Sequence record: OR228459.1
DNA: 64,000 bases
Strand: one strand, 5' to 3'
Within the stretch, counting starts at the first letter, position 1. Each line of letters begins with the position of its first letter. The position numbers and the translations under genes are program-made. The notes beneath the pieces were generated by a model, which made no database searches, was not told where the DNA came from, and was given only the letters and a program-made list of their open reading frames with translations. Shown here piece after piece: positions 1-7,959 of the stretch.

Positions 1-23
1 TATCTTCTCTGTATAAGAAGATA
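1..23. repeat. Terminal inverted repeat/hairpin TATCTTCT-N7-AGAAGATA
   Basis: 8-bp perfect inverted repeat at the first bases of the window. Confidence 0.7.
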
Positions 24-83
24 GAAAAGTACTAAAAAGTACTACACACCTTTTTTACAAAGTACCATTCAACCTTTTTCCCG

Positions 84-172
84 AAAGTACTCCATCCTAA
101 ATCCCAATCCTAGAAATTTTGGAGTACCCTCCAACCTCCAGCTAAAATCTCAAAAGTACTCCATCCTAAATC
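84..172. repeat. 20-bp direct repeat AAAGTACTCCATCCTAAATC (84-103, 153-172)
   Basis: Two identical copies 69 bp apart in a C-rich non-coding end region. Confidence 0.85.
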
Positions 173-188
173 TGAATCAACAAAATGC

Positions 189-217
189 TGGACAACCATT
201 CAGTACTAAATTATAAT
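189..217 (+). promoter_or_regulatory. sigma70-like promoter
   Basis: TGGACA-17-TATAAT, with AGTACT in the spacer. Confidence 0.55.
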
Positions 218-250
218 GTTATTAGTGGGAATCTACCCTCGTATATATGA

Positions 251-288
251 TGCTGTATATAATATCAGTACTGAACGAATTAACAGTA
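251..288. promoter_or_regulatory. Two overlapping LexA (SOS) boxes
   Basis: tgCTGTATATAATATCAGta (251-270) and taCTGAACGAATTAACAGta (269-288); both fit CTG-N10-CAG. Confidence 0.7.
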
Positions 289-483
289 TTAGTAGATATA
301 CCAGTACTGAAAATATTTTGAAAATAGTTGTTGACACCGTGGGAATATTTTGACATAATACACGGCATGGAAGATGTGGTGAGTTATCATCCTGACTTCT
401 GTCTTGTTTATGAAAATAGATTGAAACAGTACTAACACGTTTATAACAACGTAACAGTACTGATATGAAGTGAAAAGTATTAC

Positions 484-503
484 CCACCAGCTTAAGCTGG
501 TGG
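484..503. other. Perfect palindrome of two inverted Chi sites
   Basis: CCACCAGC-TTAA-GCTGGTGG. Confidence 0.85.
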
Positions 504-686
504 ATGTGGTTAGAATAATAAGAAGGGGAATCCCCAATCATACGATGAACTATATTCAATTCTACCAGTACTGCGAATAGTTACTCCACAAGAATGAGAA
601 GACTGTTGTAGTACTGAACTTTTTATGACGAGAAAATTTGAATAGATTTTGGGTGTACTTATCCTGTACTCTGGACGGATTAAGGG

Positions 687-794
687 CGTGTTTGATTCTC
701 ATTCGCATATAAGAATGATAAACTTTCTCAACATGAGAATGGTTCTCAGTTGCAAATAAGAATAGTTCTCAAATGAGAATAATAATGATTATCG
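687..794. promoter_or_regulatory. Array of about 5 Fur-box-like 7-1-7 inverted repeats, ~23-bp period
   Basis: TGAGAAT-g-GTTCTCA (734-748), TAAGAAT-a-GTTCTCA (757-771), TAATAAT-g-ATTATCG (780-794); partial units at 687 and 710. Confidence 0.7.
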
Positions 795-945
795 TTTTCA
801 GTACTAGACTAATTTTTCCATTGGCTAGCCTACCGCGACGGAATATAATATTCCGGCAGTATCACGAATCAGCTTGTTTTAAATCTGCCGTTATTATCTC
901 AATATCTGGGTAGAATGTCAAGCTAATATTTTAAAAAATAAATGC

Positions 946-974
946 TTGACACGTTGGCAGTACTTTGCTATTAT
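946..974 (+). promoter_or_regulatory. sigma70 promoter of non-coding unit 1, divergent from a minus-strand promoter at about 893-921
   Basis: TTGACA-17-TATTAT; the minus-strand partner reads TTGACA-17-GATAAT. Confidence 0.75.
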
Positions 975-979
975 ATACA

Positions 980-1040
980 CATAGCAAGAACAATGCTCAA
1001 GCCCACAGGGTGCGGAGGTGTATTCGTTAAAAGCTAAATG
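980..1040 (+). ncRNA. Putative small RNA, ACCC-N-GGGTGC family, copy 1
   Basis: Core GCCCACAGGGTGC at 1001-1013; own promoter; no ORF follows; ends approximate. Confidence 0.5.
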
Positions 1041-1056
1041 CGAATGATTATCATTT
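1036..1056. promoter_or_regulatory. Fur box between convergent copies 1 and 2
   Basis: aaaTGCGAAT-g-ATTATCAttt. Confidence 0.65.
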
Positions 1057-1111
1057 CGCTCATATGATACATTTCCGCACCCTCTAGGGTCTCCGCTTTC
1101 TCGCGTCTATA
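1055..1111 (-). ncRNA. Putative small RNA family copy 2
   Basis: Promoter TTGACG(1145-1140)-17-TATAAT(1122-1117); core ACCCTAGAGGGTGC at 1090-1077; ends approximate. Confidence 0.5.
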
Positions 1112-1295
1112 TAGTAATTATACGGTAATGCGGTTTATGCGTCAAGTACTTTTTTAAAGAAAATCGAAAATAATTTAGTACTATATGTATATAAGGAAGG
1201 AAAAAGAATTTTCAAAAAGTACTTGCATTCTAATTTAACCTATTGCATAATAGCTACATCGAAACGAGATACACAAACACATTAAGGAAAACGAT

Positions 1296-1529
1296 ATGAT
1301 TCGCATTGTTCGCATTAATTACTCTACCGGTGAAGCTGATAAAGTAGCGGTTATTGTATCAGAAAAGAATGATGATCATCTACACAATACGCTGATGCGT
1401 TTTGTTAGTGCGGTTGACCGTTGGGCTAGTATTGAGTACTTAGAAACGTTTAAAGTCCCTGCCGTCCAGCTTAACGGGCATGATATTAAAGCAATTTGGA
1501 ATGCTGACGAAATGATCGCGAACATGTAA
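1296..1529 (+). CDS. Hypothetical early protein
   Basis: ORF with TAAGGA RBS and upstream promoter. Confidence 0.8.
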   Translation: MIRIVRINYSTGEADKVAVIVSEKNDDHLHNTLMRFVSAVDRWASIEYLETFKVPAVQLNGHDIKAIWNADEMIANM

Positions 1530-1620
1530 TTATTTCAAGTACTATCAAAATTTACTTGACTTACTTTGATAGTACTTTATAATACTTACATACAAACGAA
1601 GTACTATTAAGGAAAGCATT

Positions 1621-1752
1621 ATGATCACTATCGAGAAAATCCGTTTAGCAGTAGAAGAACTGATCGCGGCTGGCTGGATTGTCGCAGAAAGTGAAGAAGA
1701 AATTAACATTGTAGTAAATGGTATGTATTCAGTTATGACAAACGTGGAGTAA
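1621..1752 (+). CDS. Hypothetical protein (43 aa, MITIEKIRLAVEEL...)
   Basis: Read by hand; TAAGGA RBS and promoter cassette. Confidence 0.75.
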   Translation: MITIEKIRLAVEELIAAGWIVAESEEEINIVVNGMYSVMTNVE

Positions 1753-1834
1753 GTTAGTATTAAAAGTACTTGCATTTACTTAGCGAGTACTTTATAATAC
1801 TTACATACAAACGAAACACTATTAAGGAAATATC

Positions 1835-2452
1835 ATGGAAAACATTATCGACGTTATCAAGTCTGTTTCTTATGCTGATCTGAATGAAGCACAAAAAGAA
1901 AAAGCTATTGAGATCATGCGAGAGTTAGAGAATCAAGAAATGACTCCGTTTTGGTCTGTAGATATTACTGATCAATGGAAAGAAACTTTAGACACTGAAT
2001 ACGGCATTACTGATGCAGTGATTTATTGGTCTGGTTTTTGTTCACAAGGTGACGGTGCATCGATTAGTACTGAATACTATATTGATATTGAGAAGTTTTT
2101 ACGTAAATGTAAAGCGTGGTCAAAATTCCGTGTACTGCACAAAATTATTGACCGTGAAGAAATTCATGCTAAGATTGATCGTAGCTCAAGCCGTTACAAT
2201 CATGAAAACACTGTAAGCGGTAGCGTAGAGCTTGATTATAACATTGATTGGACGGCGAAGCAGGAAAGCGAAGCTGAACGCTTAGAAGAATTTTTGACCG
2301 AAACTATTCGCGAACTTTCTTGTAAGCTGTATAAAGAACTTGATAATGAGAATGATTATCAAAACAGCGATGATGCCCTTTGGTCTACCATTGAAGCAAA
2401 TGAATATGATTTTGCTGTAAACTCAAACGGCGACGTTTTGCGTATCGCCTAA
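1835..2452 (+). CDS. Acidic hypothetical phage protein (YWSGFCSQGDGAS motif)
   Basis: ORF, RBS, promoter; motif recalled from other phage hypothetical proteins. Confidence 0.8.
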   Translation: MENIIDVIKSVSYADLNEAQKEKAIEIMRELENQEMTPFWSVDITDQWKETLDTEYGITDAVIYWSGFCSQGDGASISTEYYIDIEKFLRKCKAWSKFRVLHKIIDREEIHAKIDRSSSRYNHENTVSGSVELDYNIDWTAKQESEAERLEEFLTETIRELSCKLYKELDNENDYQNSDDALWSTIEANEYDFAVNSNGDVLRIA

Positions 2453-2557
2453 AGTACTGACATACTGTAAAACGCTCTATAACGCATTGTAGGGCGTTTT
2501 AAGGAATAGCAGTATCATTTATCATCTTAATTAATTAAACGGCGTAGACGGCGATTT

Positions 2558-2728
2558 ATGAGCAAACAAGATATATTGAAAGGGGATGTTTTATACTGGT
2601 TAGATCCTGATGATGGGATCTGTTCTGGATGGGTAACAGTATTAGACGTTAATACTACAGTACTGGTAAAAGGTGCAACGGCAGAATTTGAAGTGCTACC
2701 CGAAGAACTTTATTCGCATGAAGTTTAA
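2558..2728 (+). CDS. Hypothetical protein (56 aa, MSKQDILKGDVLYWLDPDDG...)
   Basis: Read by hand; fills the gap before the next promoter. Confidence 0.65.
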   Translation: MSKQDILKGDVLYWLDPDDGICSGWVTVLDVNTTVLVKGATAEFEVLPEELYSHEV

Positions 2729-2757
2729 AAAGTACTTGCAAAGTAAATCTAAAAGCG

Positions 2758-2812
2758 TATAATGATTTGCATAGGGGGAAACATCTTCCCCCCACTATTA
2801 AGAGAAACGATT
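2758..2812 (+). repeat. Repeated promoter/5'-stem-loop/RBS cassette (PeSL-like), 10 copies
   Basis: TATAAT-gRtttgc-ata-GGGGGAAacatcTTCCCCC...TAAG(G)A; -10 boxes at 2758, 4715, 5069, 5834, 7903, 9429, 10584, 17305, 18160, 18857. Confidence 0.9.
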
Positions 2813-3253
2813 ATGACTATCTACTATCTGACTTATAAAACCGCCGACAATGTAACTGATGCTAATGTGACCGCAAACACGGTACAGGAAGCAATGGAAG
2901 TACTGAAAGCGGAACTACCTGATATTCAGATCGTTTGTGTAGTTGATACCGAAACGAATCTTAAAACTATTATTGACCACTATGATTATTTCCGTGGGCG
3001 TAAGTTACAGGACTGGTATCATATCGAAATAGAAACACGTGAACTACCAGAAGAACAACAGCACTTTGAGCAGGGTACTAGCATTTGGGTTACTACCGAT
3101 AAACGCATATATTTCTGTTCACGCATACACGTTAACAAGCGTGTTAAAATTGGGGCAGATTCATATAGTGGACTGTTTACAAATAGTAACCTACTAAATG
3201 ACAAGTACATAAAAGTTTATGAGCGTTTTGGAACTGATATTTACGCTTCATAA
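2813..3253 (+). CDS. Hypothetical early protein
   Basis: Start moved to the ATG after the cassette RBS. Confidence 0.8.
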   Translation: MTIYYLTYKTADNVTDANVTANTVQEAMEVLKAELPDIQIVCVVDTETNLKTIIDHYDYFRGRKLQDWYHIEIETRELPEEQQHFEQGTSIWVTTDKRIYFCSRIHVNKRVKIGADSYSGLFTNSNLLNDKYIKVYERFGTDIYAS

Positions 3254-3258
3254 TATCA

Positions 3259-3290
3259 CAAAGGGGAAGCAATTGCTTCCCTGTTTATTT
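3259..3290. terminator. Bidirectional intrinsic terminator
   Basis: GGGAAGC-AATT-GCTTCCC flanked by A and T tracts. Confidence 0.75.
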
Positions 3291-3350
3291 GTACAGTACT
3301 ATAATCTATAGATACAATACCGCACCCCGTGGGCTAATGTGTTTTCATGG
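3259..3350 (-). ncRNA. Putative small RNA family copy 3, about 90 nt
   Basis: TTGACA(3384-3379)-17-CATAAT(3361-3356); core at 3336-3322; ends at bidirectional hairpin 3259-3290; near-duplicate of copy 7. Confidence 0.6.
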
Positions 3351-3782
3351 GTATTATTATGCCAGTACTACAAACATTTGTCAATCATTATTTTCAATTA
3401 ATTTAAACGCACTGTAACACTGTATAAGGCGTTTTGTTATTAAGGTAAGCAAACGTATTGAGTACTATCTAAAAGGCCGTTGTGGGCTTGCTGGTGGCGT
3501 TGTGTTGTAGTATTGAAATATAAGGAAAATATAAAAAAGGCTGTCAATGATTAAAAAAGTACTTGACGGATTGATTTAGTACTGTCATAATGTATCACAT
3601 AGAGCGGCGGGATGGATAAACATTCCTAAGTAGACAGCCAGTAAGTCATACGAAAGACTGGTGCCGAACTGAAAGAAAGATTGAAAAGAGTTTTAAAAAG
3701 TACTTGACAAGCTGGTGGGAAATTGAGATAATGACCCCGTAGACAGCAAACAACCTAATTAAACTTTAAGAGGAAATATACA

Positions 3783-4370
3783 ATGACTACTACTACTGAA
3801 AATGCACGTGTTACCCTGAAATCTGCACTGGAAGCTGGCGACGTTAAAACCCTTGCTGTTATCCTTGCGAAAGTTGGTCATGATAAAGACGGCGTATCTA
3901 AATTGGGCTTGACTTTCTCACTGGCGGTTAAGGAAGCGAAGGAAGTACTTAAAGAGCAAGCCAAAGCAGCAGAAGAAGCTGCACGTCAGGCAGCAGAACG
4001 CCGCGAAGCTAAAAAGGCTGCACGTCAAGCCGAAGAAGAAAAGCGTCAGGCTGAGATCAAGGCAGAAAAAGAAAATATGCTCAAGTTCCTCATGGATACG
4101 GTTAACGGTATGGGCTTAGACCTTGAGGCGGCAGAAGCGGCAGCAGAAGCGGCAATTGTTAAAAAGTACGGCGATGTTAACAAAGTACCTAAGTATACTT
4201 TTAACCGTGTAGCGGTGATTGTAGACGGTAAAGAATACAACATGCCAACTTCTGGGAACATGGTAGAAGTACTTAAAAATGCACTTGAAGCAAGCGGTAA
4301 ATCGCGTAAAGAGTTTATCATCGAACACGCGAAAGACAAGGCAGAAGCGGAAGCGGCATTCGCTGAATAA
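3783..4370 (+). CDS. H-NS/StpA-like protein with altered DNA-binding loop
   Basis: Coiled coil (ERREAKKAA vs H-NS ERREEESAA); C-terminus PKY...G-NMVEVLKNALEASGKSRKEFII vs H-NS AKY...[23 protein letters not shown]; two tandem promoters. Confidence 0.6.
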   Translation: MTTTTENARVTLKSALEAGDVKTLAVILAKVGHDKDGVSKLGLTFSLAVKEAKEVLKEQAKAAEEAARQAAERREAKKAARQAEEEKRQAEIKAEKENMLKFLMDTVNGMGLDLEAAEAAAEAAIVKKYGDVNKVPKYTFNRVAVIVDGKEYNMPTSGNMVEVLKNALEASGKSRKEFIIEHAKDKAEAEAAFAE

Positions 4371-4387
4371 TAACAGTACTAAACTAT

Positions 4388-4414
4388 AGGCGGCCTAAGT
4401 GGTCGCCTTTTTTT
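4388..4414 (+). terminator. Intrinsic terminator
   Basis: AGGCGGCC-taagt-GGTCGCCT plus T tract. Confidence 0.8.
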
Positions 4415-4428
4415 AATTGGGGGATTAT

Positions 4429-4689
4429 ATGGCTGTAGGATTCGCGAAAGACGGGGCAGAACAAGACGAGATTTTAGCGGTCATAAACGCCGCTGTAAGC
4501 CACGCAAGGAATCAGATAGGGGATAGTACTATTACAAGTAGAACGCACTGCCTAGACTGTTCTAGGACTATTCCTGAGCGTAGACGGGAAGTAGTAAAGG
4601 GTGTTAAGTACTGCGTAGAGTGTCAGGCTGATCATGATAGTATATTTAAAAGAGATCCGCGTAATTGTTGGCACAGATCTATGAGATAG
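4429..4689 (+). CDS. TraR/DksA C4-type zinc finger protein (YbiI-like)
   Basis: MAVGFAKDGAEQDEI...CLDC..IPERRREVVKGVKYCVEC. Confidence 0.85.
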   Translation: MAVGFAKDGAEQDEILAVINAAVSHARNQIGDSTITSRTHCLDCSRTIPERRREVVKGVKYCVECQADHDSIFKRDPRNCWHRSMR

Positions 4690-4770
4690 TACTTGACATA
4701 CTTTCTGATTAAAGTATAATGATTTGCATAGAGGGAAACATCTTCCTTCACTAATTAAGGAAATAGAATC

Positions 4771-5043
4771 ATGCGTACACCAATGACCCGCGAAGAAATA
4801 CACACAGTACTGACAACTAACATTCAGGACTGGAAGAAATACGCAGATATTAACGAAGCTCAAGACTTGAACAATGAGCTAGATGGTGAAGATCTGGACG
4901 TAATTTGTTCCCCTGAGTTTTATGATGATATTCATTCCGATGATGATGTTTGGAATGTACTGGAAAAGCATTTCCTCGATACTGATTTAAGTATCTACTC
5001 GCGTGATACTTTTATTTTAATTCACAACATTTATAACAAATAA
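4771..5043 (+). CDS. Acidic hypothetical protein
   Basis: ORF after cassette; D/E-rich. Confidence 0.8.
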   Translation: MRTPMTREEIHTVLTTNIQDWKKYADINEAQDLNNELDGEDLDVICSPEFYDDIHSDDDVWNVLEKHFLDTDLSIYSRDTFILIHNIYNK

Positions 5044-5122
5044 TTGTTGACTTACTTATATAGTACTGTATAATGGTTTGCATAGGGGGAAACATCTTCC
5101 CCCATCAATTAAGGAAAAGAAA

Positions 5123-5332
5123 ATGACTCGATACACTGTAGAAGTACGTACTACTAAAAACATTGCTACTGATGTGATTCGTTATTATAAGATGGTTTGT
5201 GGTGTTGCTCGCCGTATTAGTAAAGCGGATTATGACAAGCTGGATCGCGAAGCTGATGGTATGGATTGTTTTTATACAGTAAACACAAAAACGCATACAA
5301 AGCAATTTAAAACATTGTCTTATTACATGTAA
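5123..5332 (+). CDS. Hypothetical protein
   Basis: Start after cassette RBS. Confidence 0.75.
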   Translation: MTRYTVEVRTTKNIATDVIRYYKMVCGVARRISKADYDKLDREADGMDCFYTVNTKTHTKQFKTLSYYM

Positions 5333-5415
5333 AAAGTTTTACTCCAGTACTTGACAATAGATGCGAGTACTGGCATAATAACTTTATTGAAACGAAATAC
5401 TATTAAGGAAATATC

Positions 5416-5805
5416 ATGGCTAATCTCATTGTTCGATTGTATGAAGATTGTTTCTACTTTTAGTATTGTGGGAAACCTATATCCGTTAAAGAGATGATCG
5501 CATCGGGCTATATGTTATCTAAGCATGATCACACTGGATTCATGGCTGAAATGGTTGCGGCTAGTTATAAGTTTGGTGAAGAATGGGAAGCACAATATTT
5601 TCCGGCTGTCAATGCAATGATTAAGCGGTTGGCAGAACACACTGAGTTTATGGAATTTTGGACTGTTTTAAAAATGGTTGACGTGAATCAGAATGGGGAA
5701 ACGTGTCAGCCATACGCACATTTTGACGCTGGGGAAGATATTAGCACAATTTGGAAATGGTTGGAAGATAAATTTACAACAATTAAAATTGCAGATTACT
5801 TGTAA
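5416..5805 (+). pseudogene. ORF interrupted by in-frame TAG at codon 16 (5461-5463)
   Basis: RBS-backed ATG 5416 is in frame with ORF 5494-5805: MANLIVRLYEDCFYF*YCGKPISVKEM... Confidence 0.65.
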
Positions 5806-5889
5806 AAGTACTTGCATTACTATCTGAAAAGCGTATAATGGTTTGCATAGGGGGAAACATCTTCCCCCACTAACTAAGAGAAGAATATC

Positions 5890-6270
5890 ATGGCTAATCA
5901 AATCACTCCAGCACAGACCTTCAATAAATTCAGTACTGAAATCGTATTGAAAGAGTATGTGCCAGATTATGGTTGGACTGATGCATGTGTATGCACTGAT
6001 GTAGCAGATGCAAAGCAACGCATTAAAGATTATCGTGCGGAGGGTTTACAGGTTAAAACTGCCCGTCGCCGTGTACTTAACAAAGATGCTTTCTTATGTC
6101 AAGCTCTTTTAAACTTCTGCCGTGACTACTATCGCCGTACTGGTGGATTATGGCCTAATGAGGTTGAAGTACTGAAATCTAACGGTAAAGTAAAATTTAC
6201 CTTGACTTTAAAAGAAATTGAGGAAGTACTTGGTGATGATTGTTTTTTAGTAACTTCACAGCCAGCATAA
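5890..6270 (+). CDS. Hypothetical protein
   Basis: ORF after cassette. Confidence 0.8.
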   Translation: MANQITPAQTFNKFSTEIVLKEYVPDYGWTDACVCTDVADAKQRIKDYRAEGLQVKTARRRVLNKDAFLCQALLNFCRDYYRRTGGLWPNEVEVLKSNGKVKFTLTLKEIEEVLGDDCFLVTSQPA

Positions 6271-6339
6271 AAAAGTACTTGACACATAACGGGGATATGA
6301 TACAATATCCCCATATTGAAAAGTAATGGAAGTACTGAA

Positions 6340-6531
6340 ATGAATTATCAAAAGGTTAGCAAGCGAGTAGTTGAACTCTCTAAGAAAGCACGTAAAGAGT
6401 ATACCTTAGAACGTTCAATTAACAACTATCATTTAAAGCAAGGTGATAAGTTTATTGTTATTGACGAACCTTTGGAAATCGTGTATATTGTAGTTAATGC
6501 GATGATTCGTGATAAAACGAGGATTAAGTAA
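6340..6531 (+). CDS. Hypothetical protein
   Basis: ATG after GGAAG; promoter upstream. Confidence 0.7.
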   Translation: MNYQKVSKRVVELSKKARKEYTLERSINNYHLKQGDKFIVIDEPLEIVYIVVNAMIRDKTRIK

Positions 6532-6786
6532 ATGCGTACATTAGACCAACTTATTGACCCTAATACGTCAGCACGTCGATCAATGGTTACTATCGGCGGT
6601 AATGGTAAACAACACTGGAGTGGTTACATTTGCTTTATTGTTGGTGGAAAAATGTATGAGCGGGTAGTATATCACAAAGAGATTAATTATATACTATTCC
6701 GTAAAGAAGTCATAGCAGTCGATCCTACCGCCCTAAAACCGATTGCAGGGGCATGGAACAAAGAATCGCTGTACCTTACAGCTTAA
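6532..6786 (+). CDS. Hypothetical protein
   Basis: Translationally coupled ORF. Confidence 0.75.
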   Translation: MRTLDQLIDPNTSARRSMVTIGGNGKQHWSGYICFIVGGKMYERVVYHKEINYILFRKEVIAVDPTALKPIAGAWNKESLYLTA

Positions 6787-6835
6787 CCAATAAAAGGCCG
6801 CTACGTGCGGCCTATCGCGTTCTAGAGGGTATATT

Positions 6836-7024
6836 ATGAATACTGTACAAGTACTAGATGAGATTGAAAAAATTGTTGACAGTACTAACAAACGTGATAT
6901 ACTGTTATCAAGAAATAAGGCTAACCAGTACGAAAAGAATTGCGTACAATCTGCACTAGGGGGTAACTTTGAATCGCTACACTCAACCATACTTCAAGGG
7001 AATAACAACCGCCCACCAGCGTAA
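6836..7024 (+). CDS. Hypothetical protein
   Basis: GAGGG RBS. Confidence 0.6.
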   Translation: MNTVQVLDEIEKIVDSTNKRDILLSRNKANQYEKNCVQSALGGNFESLHSTILQGNNNRPPA

Positions 7025-7226
7025 AAAGAAACTACACATAGTACAGAAACGAAAGCGTAAAGTACTTAAACTTAAACCAACATATAGTTGGGGATTGTCG
7101 TGGGATGAAATCAATCACGGACTATCATGGAATCAATTATATGTTATTGGCTCAAGTGTTGGACGCTTTCATTTTAGTACTATATCACGACAAGAAACAC
7201 GTGTAAACCCATATAAAAGTACTTGA
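6969..7226 (+). CDS. Basic hypothetical protein
   Basis: TTG start with AGGGGG upstream; overlaps previous ORF. Confidence 0.45.
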   Translation: MNRYTQPYFKGITTAHQRKKKLHIVQKRKRKVLKLKPTYSWGLSWDEINHGLSWNQLYVIGSSVGRFHFSTISRQETRVNPYKST

Positions 7227-7256
7227 CATATATCCGGCTTAGTGAGATAATACTTA

Positions 7257-7310
7257 CAAGCCGGAGAAACGGCGTGACCCATAGGGTGCGAAGAAGTAAT
7301 CAGTACTTGA
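7257..7310 (+). ncRNA. Putative small RNA family copy 4
   Basis: TTGACA(7223)-17-GATAAT(7246); GCCG-gagaaa-CGGC hairpin, then ACCCATAGGGTGC at 7277-7289; ends approximate. Confidence 0.5.
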
Positions 7311-7325
7311 GAATGATAATCATTT
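7306..7325. promoter_or_regulatory. Fur box between convergent copies 4 and 5
   Basis: TGAGAAT-g-ATAATCAttt. Confidence 0.65.
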
Positions 7326-7373
7326 ACAACACTAGACAGATTTATGCACCCGATGGGTTAGATTGTTTTCATG
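7320..7373 (-). ncRNA. Putative small RNA family copy 5
   Basis: TTGACA(7407-7402)-17-TATTAT(7384-7379); core TAACCCATCGGGTGC at 7360-7346; ends approximate. Confidence 0.5.
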
Positions 7374-7500
7374 CATATATAATATCAAAGTACTGTTATA
7401 GTGTCAAGCATTTTTATTTGATAATTATTTTAAAAAAAGTCTTGCATTACTTTCTGAATAACGTATAATACTTACATCAACCACTGAGAGGAAAGAAACA

Positions 7501-7872
7501 ATGTCTATTAAGCGTATTGTATTTGGTCGCGGTGCAAGTGAAGAAGTAGTACCTGTTGAACTGATCGCGATGTTAAATGAAATGATTCGCCGTGGTGATA
7601 TTAATTTTAGTCCTGATGTAATGCCTTATGCGATTTCGTATGAGGTGCGTAAAAGTCCTAAGTACTGGAAGATTGACCGTGTAGAATTGGACAAAGAAAC
7701 CGGAGAGATTCGCGAGTTTGGGCGTAGTTCTGTTGGTGCTGTAGATTTTGAAGGGAACGTGTTTAAATCTGCCAGCTATAAAGCCGTTGCTAAGGGTATC
7801 CGTGGAAACATCTTTGTTAACAATGGTTTTAGTGCAATTACTGGTGACGGATATATTCGTTATTTAAATTAA
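7501..7872 (+). CDS. Conserved phage hypothetical protein (GNVFKSASYKAVAKGIRGNI motif)
   Basis: Resembles a widespread phage family with a GDxYKxASWKAPAK-like motif. Confidence 0.8.
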   Translation: MSIKRIVFGRGASEEVVPVELIAMLNEMIRRGDINFSPDVMPYAISYEVRKSPKYWKIDRVELDKETGEIREFGRSSVGAVDFEGNVFKSASYKAVAKGIRGNIFVNNGFSAITGDGYIRYLN

Positions 7873-7959
7873 AAAGTACTTGCAAAGTAATCTGATTAGC
7901 GTATAATGTTTTACATAGAGAGGGGAAATAGTTTCCCCTCCATATTAAGGAAAAGTATC

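Noticed and set aside
9-24. Third LexA box (CTGTATAAGAAGATAG)
   Set aside because: The right half-site is TAG rather than CAG, and the terminal hairpin explains the sequence.
233-559. Minus-strand ORFs 233-559 and 289-537
   Set aside because: No RBS and odd composition; they run across LexA boxes, promoters and the Chi palindrome, so the region reads as non-coding.
5461-5463. Genome-wide TAG recoding
   Set aside because: TAG is used as a true stop elsewhere (4689, 12737, 16823, 44003, 50607, 58600), and other genes are not fragmented.
7223-7468. ORF 7223-7468
   Set aside because: It starts inside a -35 box and spans two convergent promoters, two small-RNA cores and a Fur box.
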